Source: Vicugna vicugna
Lineage: Eukaryota
Direction: 5' to 3'
Length of the DNA: 64,000 nt
Assembly: GCA_013265495.1 (NCBI GenBank)
Contig: MU058718.1
Span: 2,503,779 to 2,567,778 of the forward strand
This document shows positions 40,627-51,675 of the stretch, in pieces. Numbering within the stretch: the first letter of the stretch is position 1; the number at the start of each line of letters is the position of its first letter. The notes beneath the pieces were generated by a model, which did not search any database, was not told the origin of the DNA, and worked only from the letters and a program-made list of their open reading frames with translations. The position numbers and the translations under genes were made by a program.

Positions 40627-42079
40627 AACCTTTACCTTTCTAAAATGGGTATAACTGCATTTGGGACCTCAACGTGAAATCAGATACAATTGAAGGTCCC
40701 ATTGATTTGGATAGTTTGGGGTAAAAGTAAGAAAAATAAATTCTTGGGTGAGAACTTATTCAAACATGTCTTATTTAGAACTTATTTCAACTCTACCAAC
40801 TTTTTAAGCATGGTTGATTTGTAACAGAAAATTTTATCTTGCGGAATTTACAAACTCATGGGATGGAAGCATGATTTCGGCTCTGAAAATGTGTGGGTTT
40901 CTTAGGTTACTTCTTATAAACACAAGGGTTTGTTTTAGGGGTAGAGGCCAGATTTCATGACTATAACTGGAAATCTTTGGGAACAGATGAATCATATAAT
41001 GCATCACTTCAACCGGAAAGCGAATGTATCCCACTGTTAGAGCTTATCTCAAAATGCTTTGTGAAATGGAAGGGAGCTAGAGGAACCCTCAGCACAAGCC
41101 ATGTATGGGATGTGATGATCTAGCATAGACTCCAGCCAGAAGACCAAATATTGCCTTTTGTTCTTTCCTGGGGGGGTGGGAAGGATATGGGAAACAATGA
41201 TCTGGCCATGGAGAAGATTCCAGGGAGTAAAAATGAATCATCACCAGCCGCCAGGAAACACCAGGAGTTCTCTAAAAGGAATGAAGTCCTCCGTAGCCTG
41301 GGTGGGAGCAGAGGGAGTGAGAGGAAATGGCAGCTGGTGGGGGAGACAGAAGCTGGAGAAAGGAACACTGCGGCATGGCTGATGCTTGCAGCCTTGGAGT
41401 AGGAGCAAACCAGAAGGGATGTGAGCTTCTGCAGGTTTCCTGTGGTGTTCCCGAGGGAGGTTTCTTTCCAGAGCTGCCCGTGGTGATTTCCTGATCAGCT
41501 GCCCCAGCCCCCAGCCTCCACCCTGTGCAGGGTCATCTGCATAAAAATGCAGAGAATGTAACCAACTATTCACGCGTGTACAAAAGGGCTCTACGAATTA
41601 TGAGGCTGCACGTGCCACACAAAGGACCTCTGACCAGCAGGCTGGGAGCGGATACTGCTGTTCCAGGCCAGGGAGGCCCAAGGGTCAAGGGCCATCTGGA
41701 GCCCAGTCCAGGCCCAGAACTGAAGCTTTGGGGGAATTTTCAGGCACATCCTGCTGTTTGCTGGACCCTGAGGCATGAGATTTGGGTTGGATTCTCTCTT
41801 GCTTTCTTGTGCTCCTGTAATTAATTAATTAATTACTTTTAAGGCATCTTTGATTGCCTCTCCATTTATTTATGGGTCCTCTTTAGTGTTTCTAAATAAA
41901 GTTTTTTTTTTTAAAACCTTAAGTTATTAAAGTCATTTTCAAACACACAAAAAATAGAGAGGAAAGTATGGTGAACCCACATAGCTTTATTATTTCTACT
42001 TTTTTCCCTACAGTGTATTAAAGCAAATCCCAAATATCATATCATTTCAGCTGTAAAAACTTAAGAATATATGACTAGC

Positions 42080-43130
42080 CATCCTTAAGAGGCTCCCACT
42101 GGCCAAAGATGGGGCAATTTGAACATGAAACAGAATGAGAACACATCAGATAACTAAAAATTCGTGAGTTTATAATGATTTAAAAAATAGCTCCTTGGTC
42201 ATCTTTGAAGGTCGCTAGGACACCAGATCATTACTCAAAAATGATTGAAAAGGGAAATATCAAGGATTTTATCCTACCTTTCCTTTTTGTACTGTATTTC
42301 AGGGTAACCAAATTGTTGATGGGGAAAAATTGTTCATAAAATAATTCAACCGGTGAATGCAGAAGGAATGATGGAATTATAAAATCAATATTTTGCAACC
42401 TCTGACAAAATAGTGGCTCTAGGCAACAATTATCAATGTTTGCTAAAACAACTAGGTTAAAAGTCAACGAAGAACTTCATAATGGAAATACTAGACACCT
42501 GAATCCACGGGTCAATCTTTGTATCATTAAAAGTAAAGCAACTGGACTATATAATGGCGTCCTGCAACAGGAAAAGCACACTGCCACTTAGGAAGTATTC
42601 TAGCCTAAAAATGTCAAACTGGAGTCTTATCAAGCCAGTGGGTTTAGCTATCAGGTTAGAGAAAACAAGAGGAAAAAAGAATACCTTAAACAAAACCACT
42701 AAGATGCAGTAAGTCAAATCCTGAATGAGAGATTCTATAAACCAAATGAGCTAGTTTCTTCAAAACAAAAAATGATGGCATAAAAAAGAGGGATGGATTT
42801 TTAGAGAATAAAAGATATTTTTAAAAATAAAATGACCAAATCCAAGGTATGAACCTTGTTTGGATCCTGATTGGAATGAACTTATTATAAAATACATCTG
42901 AGATAAGCAGGGAAGTTTGAAGATAGAGTTAGTATTCAATTTTATAAAGGAATTATTTTAAGCCGTATATTTATCAAAATGGCACGATCTCCATTTTTTA
43001 AACCTCTTAACAGTAAAAGATAGATGCATATCCAAGTATTTCCGATGAGTTAATATGGTGTCTGAGATTTGCTTTAAAATACCCTAGGAAAAGAAAAAAA
43101 AAGGATAGAGGGGAGAAGAAAAGATTTTTT
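42080..43130 (+). mobile_element. Old L1M (L1MC/L1ME-type) 3' UTR, left part of the host split by the composite insertion
   Basis: 'gaaccttgtttggatcctgatt' and 'ggtgtctgagatttgctttaaaata'; the element resumes at 48481. Confidence 0.8.
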
Positions 43131-43804
43131 TTAATTTATCAAGTTAATTTTTTATTATGGATATTGTTATAGCAGAATATAAAAATTAAATGATAAAAGT
43201 TTCTTCTAAGAGTACAATTTAACTTCATCTTTAAAAATTTCATCTTTTTTTTAAAAACTATACATACTCAGGTAAAAAAAGTCTCTAAACTTATGATTTC
43301 AGAATTAAACTCTAGAAATAAATGCTATGGCCATCTAAAAGTTTATATTGACAAATTGCATATATTTTCAAATTATAATGCAATATTTGTACACAGAAGA
43401 ACTATATATACACTTCACTTACATTGCTGATATATAATAGTTACCCAAACTGTCTTGAGAAATGAGGCTTAGTACAGATTCAAACTAAGTAGAAGAGCAG
43501 TCTCAATTACAACATTTCTTTCACAACTAATAAGAGATAATCTAAATATTTGCTGAATATAAAAAAAAAGTCCCACGCTTCGTGGTGTGTTCTGGGAATT
43601 CCAGTATATTTTAGATGAGGGATGCTGACCACGAAGGAGCTCACTGCTGTGCTCACTGGCGAAGTTGGAGGAACTCTGGTCCAGAGGAGGGCCTTGCCCT
43701 CCCTCCACTGGCCTCAGTGCCGCTCAGGTGGGGATCTGACTCAGTGAGTGAGTGTAGCCTGGCAGTTTGGGAGGCCTGAGTGGAGGGGAGGGAACAGCAC
43801 AGCT

Positions 43805-44432
43805 TTAATATGAGGGCCCACTCCTGGGAAAGGGGCCTTCAGGACTTGGTGCTTGGTCCCCTGGCTGGTGTGTAAAAGCCCCTTGTGATGTGCTGATTCT
43901 CATGACCTCTTCCAGGAACTTGAGCACTTTCAGCGTCTCTGCCATCGCTTCTCGTATAGACTGCAGGGATCTCTCTGTCTTCAGTTCTTGGACGAGAAAA
44001 TTGATATCCTTCCTTGAGTTCAGGTTGACCGTCGTCAACTTTCTGTAAGTGTCAGCGAGGCTGGGTGTACTTACTGGCTCCTTCTGTAGCCTGGCACTCT
44101 TTAAAGTTGCCTCCATCCTGGCACACTCCTGTTTAGCCATACAAAGCTGGTCGATGAGGTGACATTTCTCATCAGTCTGTGCAGCCAGTGTTTTTGCCAG
44201 GTGCTTTTCATGTCTTCCGTCAAGCTGACTTCTAACAGACCAAATAAGTCTGAAAGTAAGTAAGACACCCAGCAATAAGCTGAGGACAGGCAGACGCAAC
44301 ACTGTCTCCCAGTGGAGGCTCTGGAACATGAGCTGAGAACACAGGCCATTGGGCAGCAGCAAAACCAAGACCGCACAGCTTCCTAAGGATCAGCCCAAAG
44401 CCAAGCTCCACAGAGGACAGCAGCCCCTCCAT
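43805..44432 (-). pseudogene. CTAGE5-like: Intronless cTAGE5/MIA2-like gene copy (N-terminus, TM helix, first coiled coil only) with one frameshift near 44369-44372
   Basis: GCC-ATG-G at 44432 gives MEGLLSSVELGFGLILRKL. After a 1-nt shift the frame reads VLLLPNG...HWETVL...[TM]...WSVRSQLDGRHEKHLAKTLAAQTDEKCHLIDQL...QELKTERS, colinear with cTAGE5 MEEP...YLGLLLEEL...FPWELVI...RSVRSRLYVGREKKLA...EEKSKLLEKF...KELKEEKS. Stop TAA at 43807-43805. Confidence 0.85.
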
Positions 44433-45609
44433 GGCACTGAGCCACCACAGGGCTCTGCCCAGTTACTGTGAATCCACCAGCTACAACAGGCCACAGGGGA
44501 CGCCACAACATTCTGCCTAGAACCCAACCAGCAACTGACATCCTGGATAGGTCAGTTCTCTGGTCAGTGTCAGTGGTGGGGGGGTTGTCAGAGGAGAGGG
44601 TTGTAACTAAAATGTCATTTTCTCCATTATTGTCTAATGGTAACTTTTTCTTACCTCTTTTTTTGTGTGTAATAAATATAGTGAATAAAAATAATAGTGA
44701 AATGTGTCAATGTAGAGTTTATGATTTCACAAATCTTTCAAATTCCTAGCCCTCGACAGTATCGGAAAAGTCAGTGTATGAACCGTATGTTTGAATCACA
44801 TCCATTAACACAGAATATATACCCTCTGTCACATTTCAGTTGAAATACACACTCTCACGACATGCATCCATCAGTTTGAACTTGATAAAAATGAAAAAAA
44901 TCACAATATATACTTTGATGTCTGTCTTTTTTGCTCTAAGTAATTTTTTTAGAGCTACATGTTTTTGTTGGAATATGCCATCCATTCTGTTTGTAGGGCT
45001 CAATAATTTGACCTTGTAAGATTATATCACAAAATATTAATCTATTCTCTTAATAATGGACATTTGAGTTAGTTCAAGTGTGGGTTATTATTAATAAATA
45101 TTTTTGTATATATAAGCACGCATCATTGTTCTAAATATCTGTTTTCATTTACCCTGTGAGACAAATACCTGGGAGCAGCTGTGTTGGGTAGATATTGCTA
45201 AACACTCCTTCATTTTGAAAGAGATTTATTGAGGTATAATTTACATAATAAATTACATGCCATAAATTTACTCATTTAAATACAAAATTCTTTGGTTTTT
45301 GTGTGTGTAAATGTGCAGAGTTGTGTCTCCCTCACAATCCCATTTTAGAACAGTTCTATCACAGGAAAAAAAGATTTCTCAATCCACATTTTATTGGCTT
45401 CTTTTGATACAGTCAGTCTCTCTTTCTCTTTGAAATGCTTCCATGATATAGATTCCAGTTCAATACACTCTACCATTTTTGTATTGTAATTGTTTTTTTT
45501 TTGGGTTTCTGTTTTTTTATGAACTCACTGGCCTTTCCTTCTGTAACTCCACTGACGGTTTCTACTCTTTTTTCCAAACGCTTTAGCATTAATTTGTCTC
45601 AGGAATTAG

Positions 45610-45959
45610 TTTTTTTTTTCTTTTTCATAATTTACATTAGTGTTCACTCTCAATGTTGTACATTCTATGGGTTTTGACAAACACATAATGATATGTAACC
45701 CCTATAGTATCATACAGATAATTTCATTGCCCTAAAAATCCCTTGTGTTCCGTTTATTCATCCCTCCCTCCCTCCCTCTCCCCAAATCCCTGGAAACCAT
45801 GATCTTTTTATTGTTTCTGTAGCTTTGCCTTTTCCAGAATATCATTTGGTTGGAGTCATACAGTTTGTAGCCTTTTCAGACTGGCTTCTTTCATTTGGTA
45901 ATACATCTTTTAAGTTTCTTATATGTCTTTCATGGCTTGCTAGATCTTTTTTTTTTTTT
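45610..45959 (-). mobile_element. Old L1MC-type 3' fragment (cargo of the composite)
   Basis: 'gttgtacattctatgggttttgacaaa...ccctaaaaatcc...gttggagtcatacagtttgtagccttttcagactggcttc'. Confidence 0.85.
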
Positions 45960-45987
45960 NNNNNNNNNNNNNNNNNNNNNNNNNNNN
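45960..45987. other. Assembly gap (28 N)
   Basis: Run of n. Confidence 1.
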
Positions 45988-46059
45988 TATATGTACTGTT
46001 CATTGTTTCTAAGAATGTTTAGAGATTTAGCTTTTTAAACTTACATAGTTATCAAAGGA

Positions 46060-46595
46060 ATAAAGCCAACCCCAAAATAAGAATTAACTCAAAAAGATAC
46101 ATACACCCTGCTATTAACAGCAACATCATTTGTAATTGCCAAGATATGGAAGCATCCTAAGTGCACATCAATAGTTGAATAGATAATGGAGATTATACAC
46201 ATACACATAATGGAATACAAATCACCCATAAAAAAGGAGGATATTTTGGCCCTTAATTCACTTTTTTTTCACTTCAAAAAACAGAATTTTATAACTGGCA
46301 GAGACATTTCCATTACATCAAAAACAACAAAATACCTAGAAATAAACTTAACCAAGGAGGTTACCTATACTCTGAAAACTGAAATGACACAAAGAAATAG
46401 AAGGATTTCTAGTGCTCTTGGATTAGAAGAATCAGCACTATCAAAATGGCCAAACTACCCAAAGCAACCCACAGAGCCAAGGCAACCCCCATCAGAATAC
46501 TAGAGACATTCCTCAGACATTCCTCACAGAACTAGAACAAACAGCTCCACAACTTAAAAGGAATCTCAAAAGACCCCAAACAGCCAAAGCAATAT
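46060..46595 (+). mobile_element. Two diverged L1 ORF2 fragments, out of order and inverted relative to the adjacent ORF1
   Basis: ~46090-46250 is C-terminal-like ('gtaattgccaagatatggaagcatcctaagtgc'). ~46300-46595 encodes KYLEINLTKEV from the post-RT region. Confidence 0.75.
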
Positions 46596-46663
46596 TTTGT
46601 AGGTCTCTTTTTTTTACCTCTCTCTCTTTATTCTTTTTGTTCTCTTTTCTTATGGTTTGATGA

Positions 46664-47554
46664 CTAGAGAAGTTTCTTTAACATTTGTTGTAATGTTGGT
46701 TTGGTGGTGCTGAAATCTTTTAGCTTTCATTTATCTATGAAGCTTCTGATTTCTCCATCAAGTCTGAACGAGAGCCTTGCTGGATAGAGGATTCTTGGTT
46801 GTAAGTTTCCCCCTTTCATCACTTTAAATATATCACGCCCCTCCCTTCTGGCCTGTAGAGTTTCTGCTGAAAAATCAGCTGATAACCTTATGGCAGTTCC
46901 CTTGTATGTTATTCGTTGCTTTTCTCTTGCTAATTTTAATATTTTCTCCTTATCCTTAATTGTTGTCAATTTGATGACTATGTGCCTTGGTGTGTTCCTC
47001 TTTGGGTTGATCCTATGTGGTACTCTCTGGGCTTCCAGGACTTGGATGACTGTTTCCTTTCCCAAATTGGGGAAGTTTTCAGTTATTCTCTCTCCAAAAA
47101 TTTTATCAGGTCCTTTCTCTCTCTATTCTCTTTCTGGGACCTGTATAATGCAAATATTAGAGCACTTCATGTTATCCCAGAGTTCTCTTAAACTATCCTC
47201 ATTCCTTTTTATTCTTTTTCCTGTTTTCTGTTTTGAAGTAGTGATTTCCACCAATTTGTCTTCTAGCTCACTGATCCACTCTTCCACCTCATTTAGTCTA
47301 TTCTTGGTTCCTTCCAGTGTATTATTTATTTCAGTGATTTTATTCTGCAACTCTGTTTGGGTATTCTTTATATTTTCCAACTCTTTGCTAAAAACTTCAC
47401 TCTGTGCATCTATACTCCTCTTGAGTTCTCTGAACACCTTGGCCATCATTACTTTAAACTCTTTCTCAGAGAAGTTACCTATCTCCTCATCACTTACTTC
47501 TTCTGGGATTTTATGTTGTGCCTTGGCCTGGGAGATATTCCTTTGCTGCCTCAT
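46664..47554 (-). pseudogene. LINE-1 ORF1p, full length (297 codons including the stop), two in-frame nonsense codons, no frameshift
   Basis: ORFs 47123-47554 and 46727-47065 are in the same frame. Motifs WISELED, LRELWDNMK, TPRHIVIKL, RLSADFSAETLQARRE and QPRILYPARLSF are present. Premature TAG at 47125-47123 and TGA at 46729-46727; terminal TAG at 46666-46664. Confidence 0.95.
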
Positions 47555-48480
47555 ATCATCTATCTTTCTATGAGTTTGTGGGTTCCTTCCACAGGCTTTG
47601 GGATTATTGTTTTCTTATTTCTGGCATCTGCCCCTGGTGGATGAGGCTGGACTAGAGGCTTATGCAGGTTTCCTGGCAGGAGGAGCCAGTGCCTGCCCAC
47701 TGCTGGGTGAAGCTTGGTCGTGGACCTCTGGTGGGTAGGGCTGTGTCTAGAGGCCTTTGTGGCTTAGGAGGTCTGCTGATGGGTGGGGCTGTGTTCTCAG
47801 CCTGTATGTTGTTTGGCCTGAGGCTTCCCTACAGGCTGTTGGGTGGGGCTTGGTCTTGGTGCTAATGATCCAATCAAGATGTCAGCCTCCAGGAGAGTTC
47901 ATGTAGATGAACACTTGTGGAATGTCCATCACCAACTTTTATGTCCCCTGGGTGAGCTGCAGCCTTCCCCCAAGTCCCCAGGAGACCCTCCAAATCCAGC
48001 AGGCAGGTCTGGCCCATGTTCCTATGAAATCACTGCCTCTGCCTTGGACCTGGTGCATGCTTCTGAAGTGAATGGAGACTCTGTTTCCCCCAGGCCCATG
48101 AAGCTTCTGGAGCCAAGCCCCCCTGACCTTCAAAACCAGATGTTCTGGGTTCTCCTTCTCTTCCCAATACTGGGACCCGAGCTGGGGAGCCTGACGTGGG
48201 GCTTAGAGCTCTCACTCCTGTGGGAGGGCTCTGTGACTTAACAAATCTCCAGCTTGTGGGTTGCCCACCCGGGGGGTATGGGGCCCAATTATATCGCGAG
48301 CACGCCACTCCCACCATCCTGCTGTGGTTCCTTCTTTATGTTTCCAGTTGCAGAAGATCGTTTTAGCTAGGTTCCAGTCTTTTTTCGATGGTTGTTTAGC
48401 ATTCAGTTGTGGTTTCATTGCAGTCGCAAGGAGAGGCAAGCTCATGGTCCTACCACTCCGCCATCTTGACTGGAAATCCA
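47555..48480 (-). promoter_or_regulatory. L1 5' UTR / internal promoter
   Basis: Begins 'ggatttccagtcaagatggcggagt' with the YY1-type AAGATGGCG motif; GC-rich; leads into ORF1. Confidence 0.85.
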
Positions 48481-48610
48481 AGAAGAATAGATTTTTTAAA
48501 ACTGCTGATAAATTGGTGAAACTAGATAATAGGTGCACATGATTTCATTATAATATTCTTTGTACTTCTAAGTTTGAAATTTTCTATTATTAAAGATTTT
48601 AGAAAATAAA
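48481..48610 (+). mobile_element. Old L1M 3' terminus, right part of the split host
   Basis: 'gataaattggtgaaact...aggtgcacatgatttcattataatattc...gtttgaaattttcta'; same module order as the uninterrupted copy at 50505-50690. Confidence 0.7.
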
Positions 48611-49579
48611 GAAAAAGATGAATTCTTGGTGAATAATTAAAATCTTAGTCATCTCTAAGTAAGCATGGTTTAAAAAACAATAGGAAAAATAATTCCTGGT
48701 AAACATAGAATAAGGGAAAAAAAGGAAACTGGACATTTCCAAAAGAATATTCTAGTGAACAAAGTAAGCTAATGAAGTAACAATCTCCTCTATTTAGTTC
48801 CATTTCTCTCCACATTGGCACCACCAATTTTCTAGAACCCAATCATCTCTTCCATACGATTCTAGTAATATGCAGGCAAATCCCAACTCCTCTTTTTTCA
48901 GAACCATCTCCCTTCTGTTTGTATTCGCCATGCCACCTAAGGCAGGCCATGACAAAGTCTCCCGAGACGGATGTGATTTACAGGACTTCAGTTTGTCTTA
49001 CCAGGTTATGTATTAGCTTTATTTTTCCTGAAGTGACTAAAAGAGGCGCCCACATTGCGTAGGGAAGCCCTGTTCGAGTCACCCTGCAAGTGGGGACGTG
49101 GCTCGCTCCTCCTGAGCTACGTTGGCTCTTCTCCACTGGTCAGTCCTGGCTTTGTCACTTCATCCCTGACACCAAACGGGTCCCACGTTTCTCCCTAGCC
49201 TCTTCCTCACCGTCTACTGACTACAGTGACCATAGGCAGAAGTGAATGTTTCAGGTTCTGAAAACTAGCCGATTTCACAGCACAGCTAACAAGTGGCCTG
49301 ATTCAGGATGAAAACTCTCCCTGTACAGACTTCTCTTCAGAGGCAGGGGCTGGGGGACAAGTGCGCCTTGTGCTCTGCCCTCAAGGTCAGCAGATTGAAT
49401 GTGGCCTTGTGTGCGTTGTGAATGTACAGTGCATGACATCATGCATATTCAGTGGGCTTTCCAACCACCAGAGTCTCACTGCGACCACAATTTTTCTTTT
49501 TAGAAAGGCGCTGCTCTTTGACTTCCGAGATTGTTTTATGGTCCTGGTGCTTTTACCTTTTTTTCTGTCTTAGCCATGA

Positions 49580-49725
49580 TTCTTCCTCCTCCTGACTTGC
49601 TCCTTTTCCTCTCTTTGTCTCTCCTTCCCTTGTTTTTCCTCCACCCTGCCTTCCCCTGTTCTCTCCTCTCCTCCCTTTCCCTTCCTCTACCTTCACCTCC
49701 TCTCTCCCTCTTTGTTTCCATCTTT
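49580..49725. repeat. Polypyrimidine low-complexity tract
   Basis: Directly visible. Confidence 0.9.
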
Positions 49726-50504
49726 CACACATAAAACTGATATCAACTCTCAGTTTTATATGAATAAATGGAAACCTGCTCTGTCACTTTCGCCAAGTTC
49801 CAATCCTGCATCTCCAGCAGACTCCCAGATGTTTATACTTGGACACCCCATTATTAAATCCAAAATAAAACTCATAATCTCCTAAAGAGATTCTTCTTCC
49901 CATTTTCTTTCACTTTTTAAATGATGCTTTCAGTCTCCAAGCTGCCTAGACTCTGAGCCTCGTAGCCATCCTTTGTTCTTTCCTTAACTGCTCCAGTGAG
50001 CCAGGCAATGAATTCTTCTCTTTCAGTCTTTAAAATGCACCCTAGCTCATCCCTCCTCTTCATTTCTACCATGGGTCTGGGCCTTTGTTGGGCTGGATTA
50101 TAATAATGGGCCCTCTATGCTCTTCCATCCTCTATTCATTTTTCCCCTTGGGTCCTCTGAGTCTGCTCCCACCCCAGAGGGGTCGCACTCAAACACTGCT
50201 TGACTCAGAGCACATCTAAAACCTTGTATGATTATCTAACTGAACCTTCTCTGTGGGAACCCACATCCTCAGGATGGTGTTTGAAACTTTTCATCATTTT
50301 ATTTCCACCTGATCTGTCCAAACTCTTTCATTCAGCATCATTTCCTCCCGCCTGTATGTACACAGTTTTCATTTCCTGCCCAAACATTTCCTTGTACTTT
50401 CATTCCCACTTAGGATGCCGCAGTCCTTCCTCTCCACCTATCTGGGACCTATCCACTCTCCACCAAGTCCACATAAAAACCCTCTTCCTTCGGAAAGGGT
50501 TTAT

Positions 50505-50690
50505 GGATGAAATGACTGGATGTCTGGTTTTGCTTTAAACTAATCCCGTGGGCAGTGGGAAAGTGTGTGGGCAGTATAAATGAGACAGCCTGGCCGTGTG
50601 GTGATGTGTTAGGTATATGGGGGTTCATTACCCTGTTCTCTCTACTTTTGTATATGTTTGAAATCTTCCATAGTCAAAAGTTTAAATGAA
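50505..50690 (+). mobile_element. L1ME-type 3' terminus
   Basis: 'gatgtctggttttgctttaaa...gggggttcattaccctgttctctctacttttgtatatgtttgaaa'. Confidence 0.85.
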
Positions 50691-51517
50691 AAATGAAACA
50701 GAAGCGAGAAGCATGATTATGAAACATGATGTCCTAAACCAGCAGGACTCATCAGCCGTCAGGGAGGATTCCAGCAGAATGGCAGGGTGGTCTCGGGGAG
50801 GTCTGCTGAGGAAGAGGAGGCTGGTGGCCACATAATTTCCTGTTAAATTAGACTCCACATGGGCAAGGATTTGTATTGTTCTGTTTATTGCTGTACCCAG
50901 CATATGAAATATTTCCGGCCCTCCATAGTGTTCATTGGATGAATTTACTGAATGAATACATGATCGACAGATCAAGGTAGCTCTGACAACAGCCTGCAGA
51001 TCCATTCTGTAAAAGAAGAAGGAAATGGCCACACTTCTCTTGGCCTCTGATCTGTTCACAGGGTACCATGAAAGCACAGATGTAGGCGTCAAACAGCATC
51101 AGATGTAATCTATTCAAAAGATTGTCACAGTGTGCTTCCCACACTCTATGTGTGGATGAAACAGAGGACAGGGAAGCCTCTGCCCCATAGTTTTGTGTGG
51201 GAAAGGAGGTACAGACAAGAAAACACCTGGTGCAGATGGAGACATGCAGAGTTAGGCACACAGAGCCATGGGAGGATAGGAGCAAGACCATTGATTCTGG
51301 AGGTCCCAGAAGGCTTCCCAGAGCTGAAACTGAAGGATAAATAAAAAGTGGCCTTGTGAAAAGGGAAGGGAACCCTGTTTCTAGCAAAGAAAACAGCTTG
51401 GAGAGGAGAGGAACTAATGAAAGTGGTTTGCTCCGAGCAGGTCATTGAGCAAAGGAGATCAGGTGAAGTGGTTGAAAAATGTCAAGAGAGAAGACTGGAC
51501 AAGAAACAAGAGCCAGT

Positions 51518-51675
51518 GGGGTAGGGTATGGGTCAGTGGTAGAGTGCATGCTTAGCATGCACAAGGTCCTGGGTTCAATCCCTAGTACCTCCATTAGAAA
51601 AATAAATATATCAACCTAATTACCTCCCCTCCTCCCTCATTAAAATCTAAAAAACCAACCAAACAAAAAACAAAA
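51518..51675 (+). mobile_element. tRNA-Ala-derived SINE (vic-1-like), inserted in L2-like sequence
   Basis: 'tcagtggtagagtgcatgcttagcatgcacaaggtcctgggttcaatccctagtacctcca...cctaattacctcccc' plus A-rich tail. Confidence 0.92.

Larger units (their letters stand above)
43131..48480 (-). mobile_element. Composite L1-mediated retro-insertion (L1 5' UTR + ORF1 + cargo including a cTAGE-like gene)
   Basis: TSD agaagaaaagatttttt (43114-43130) / agaagaatagatttttt (48481-48497). TTTT/AA site at 48497/48498. AATAAA on minus strand at 43151-43156, A-tail at 43125-43132. L1 5' end at ~48478. The host L1M continues across the insert. Confidence 0.8.

Noticed and set aside
43622..43745. MLTTKELTAVL resembling the calmodulin EF-hand ITTKELGTVM
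   Set aside because: The match is only a few residues and there is no flanking EF-hand similarity.
46890..47573. 227-aa hydrophobic ORF on + strand
   Set aside because: It is the antisense frame of L1 ORF1.
49731..49759. 10-bp inverted repeat ATAAAACTGA...TCAGTTTTAT
   Set aside because: Short and AT-rich, with no supporting context.
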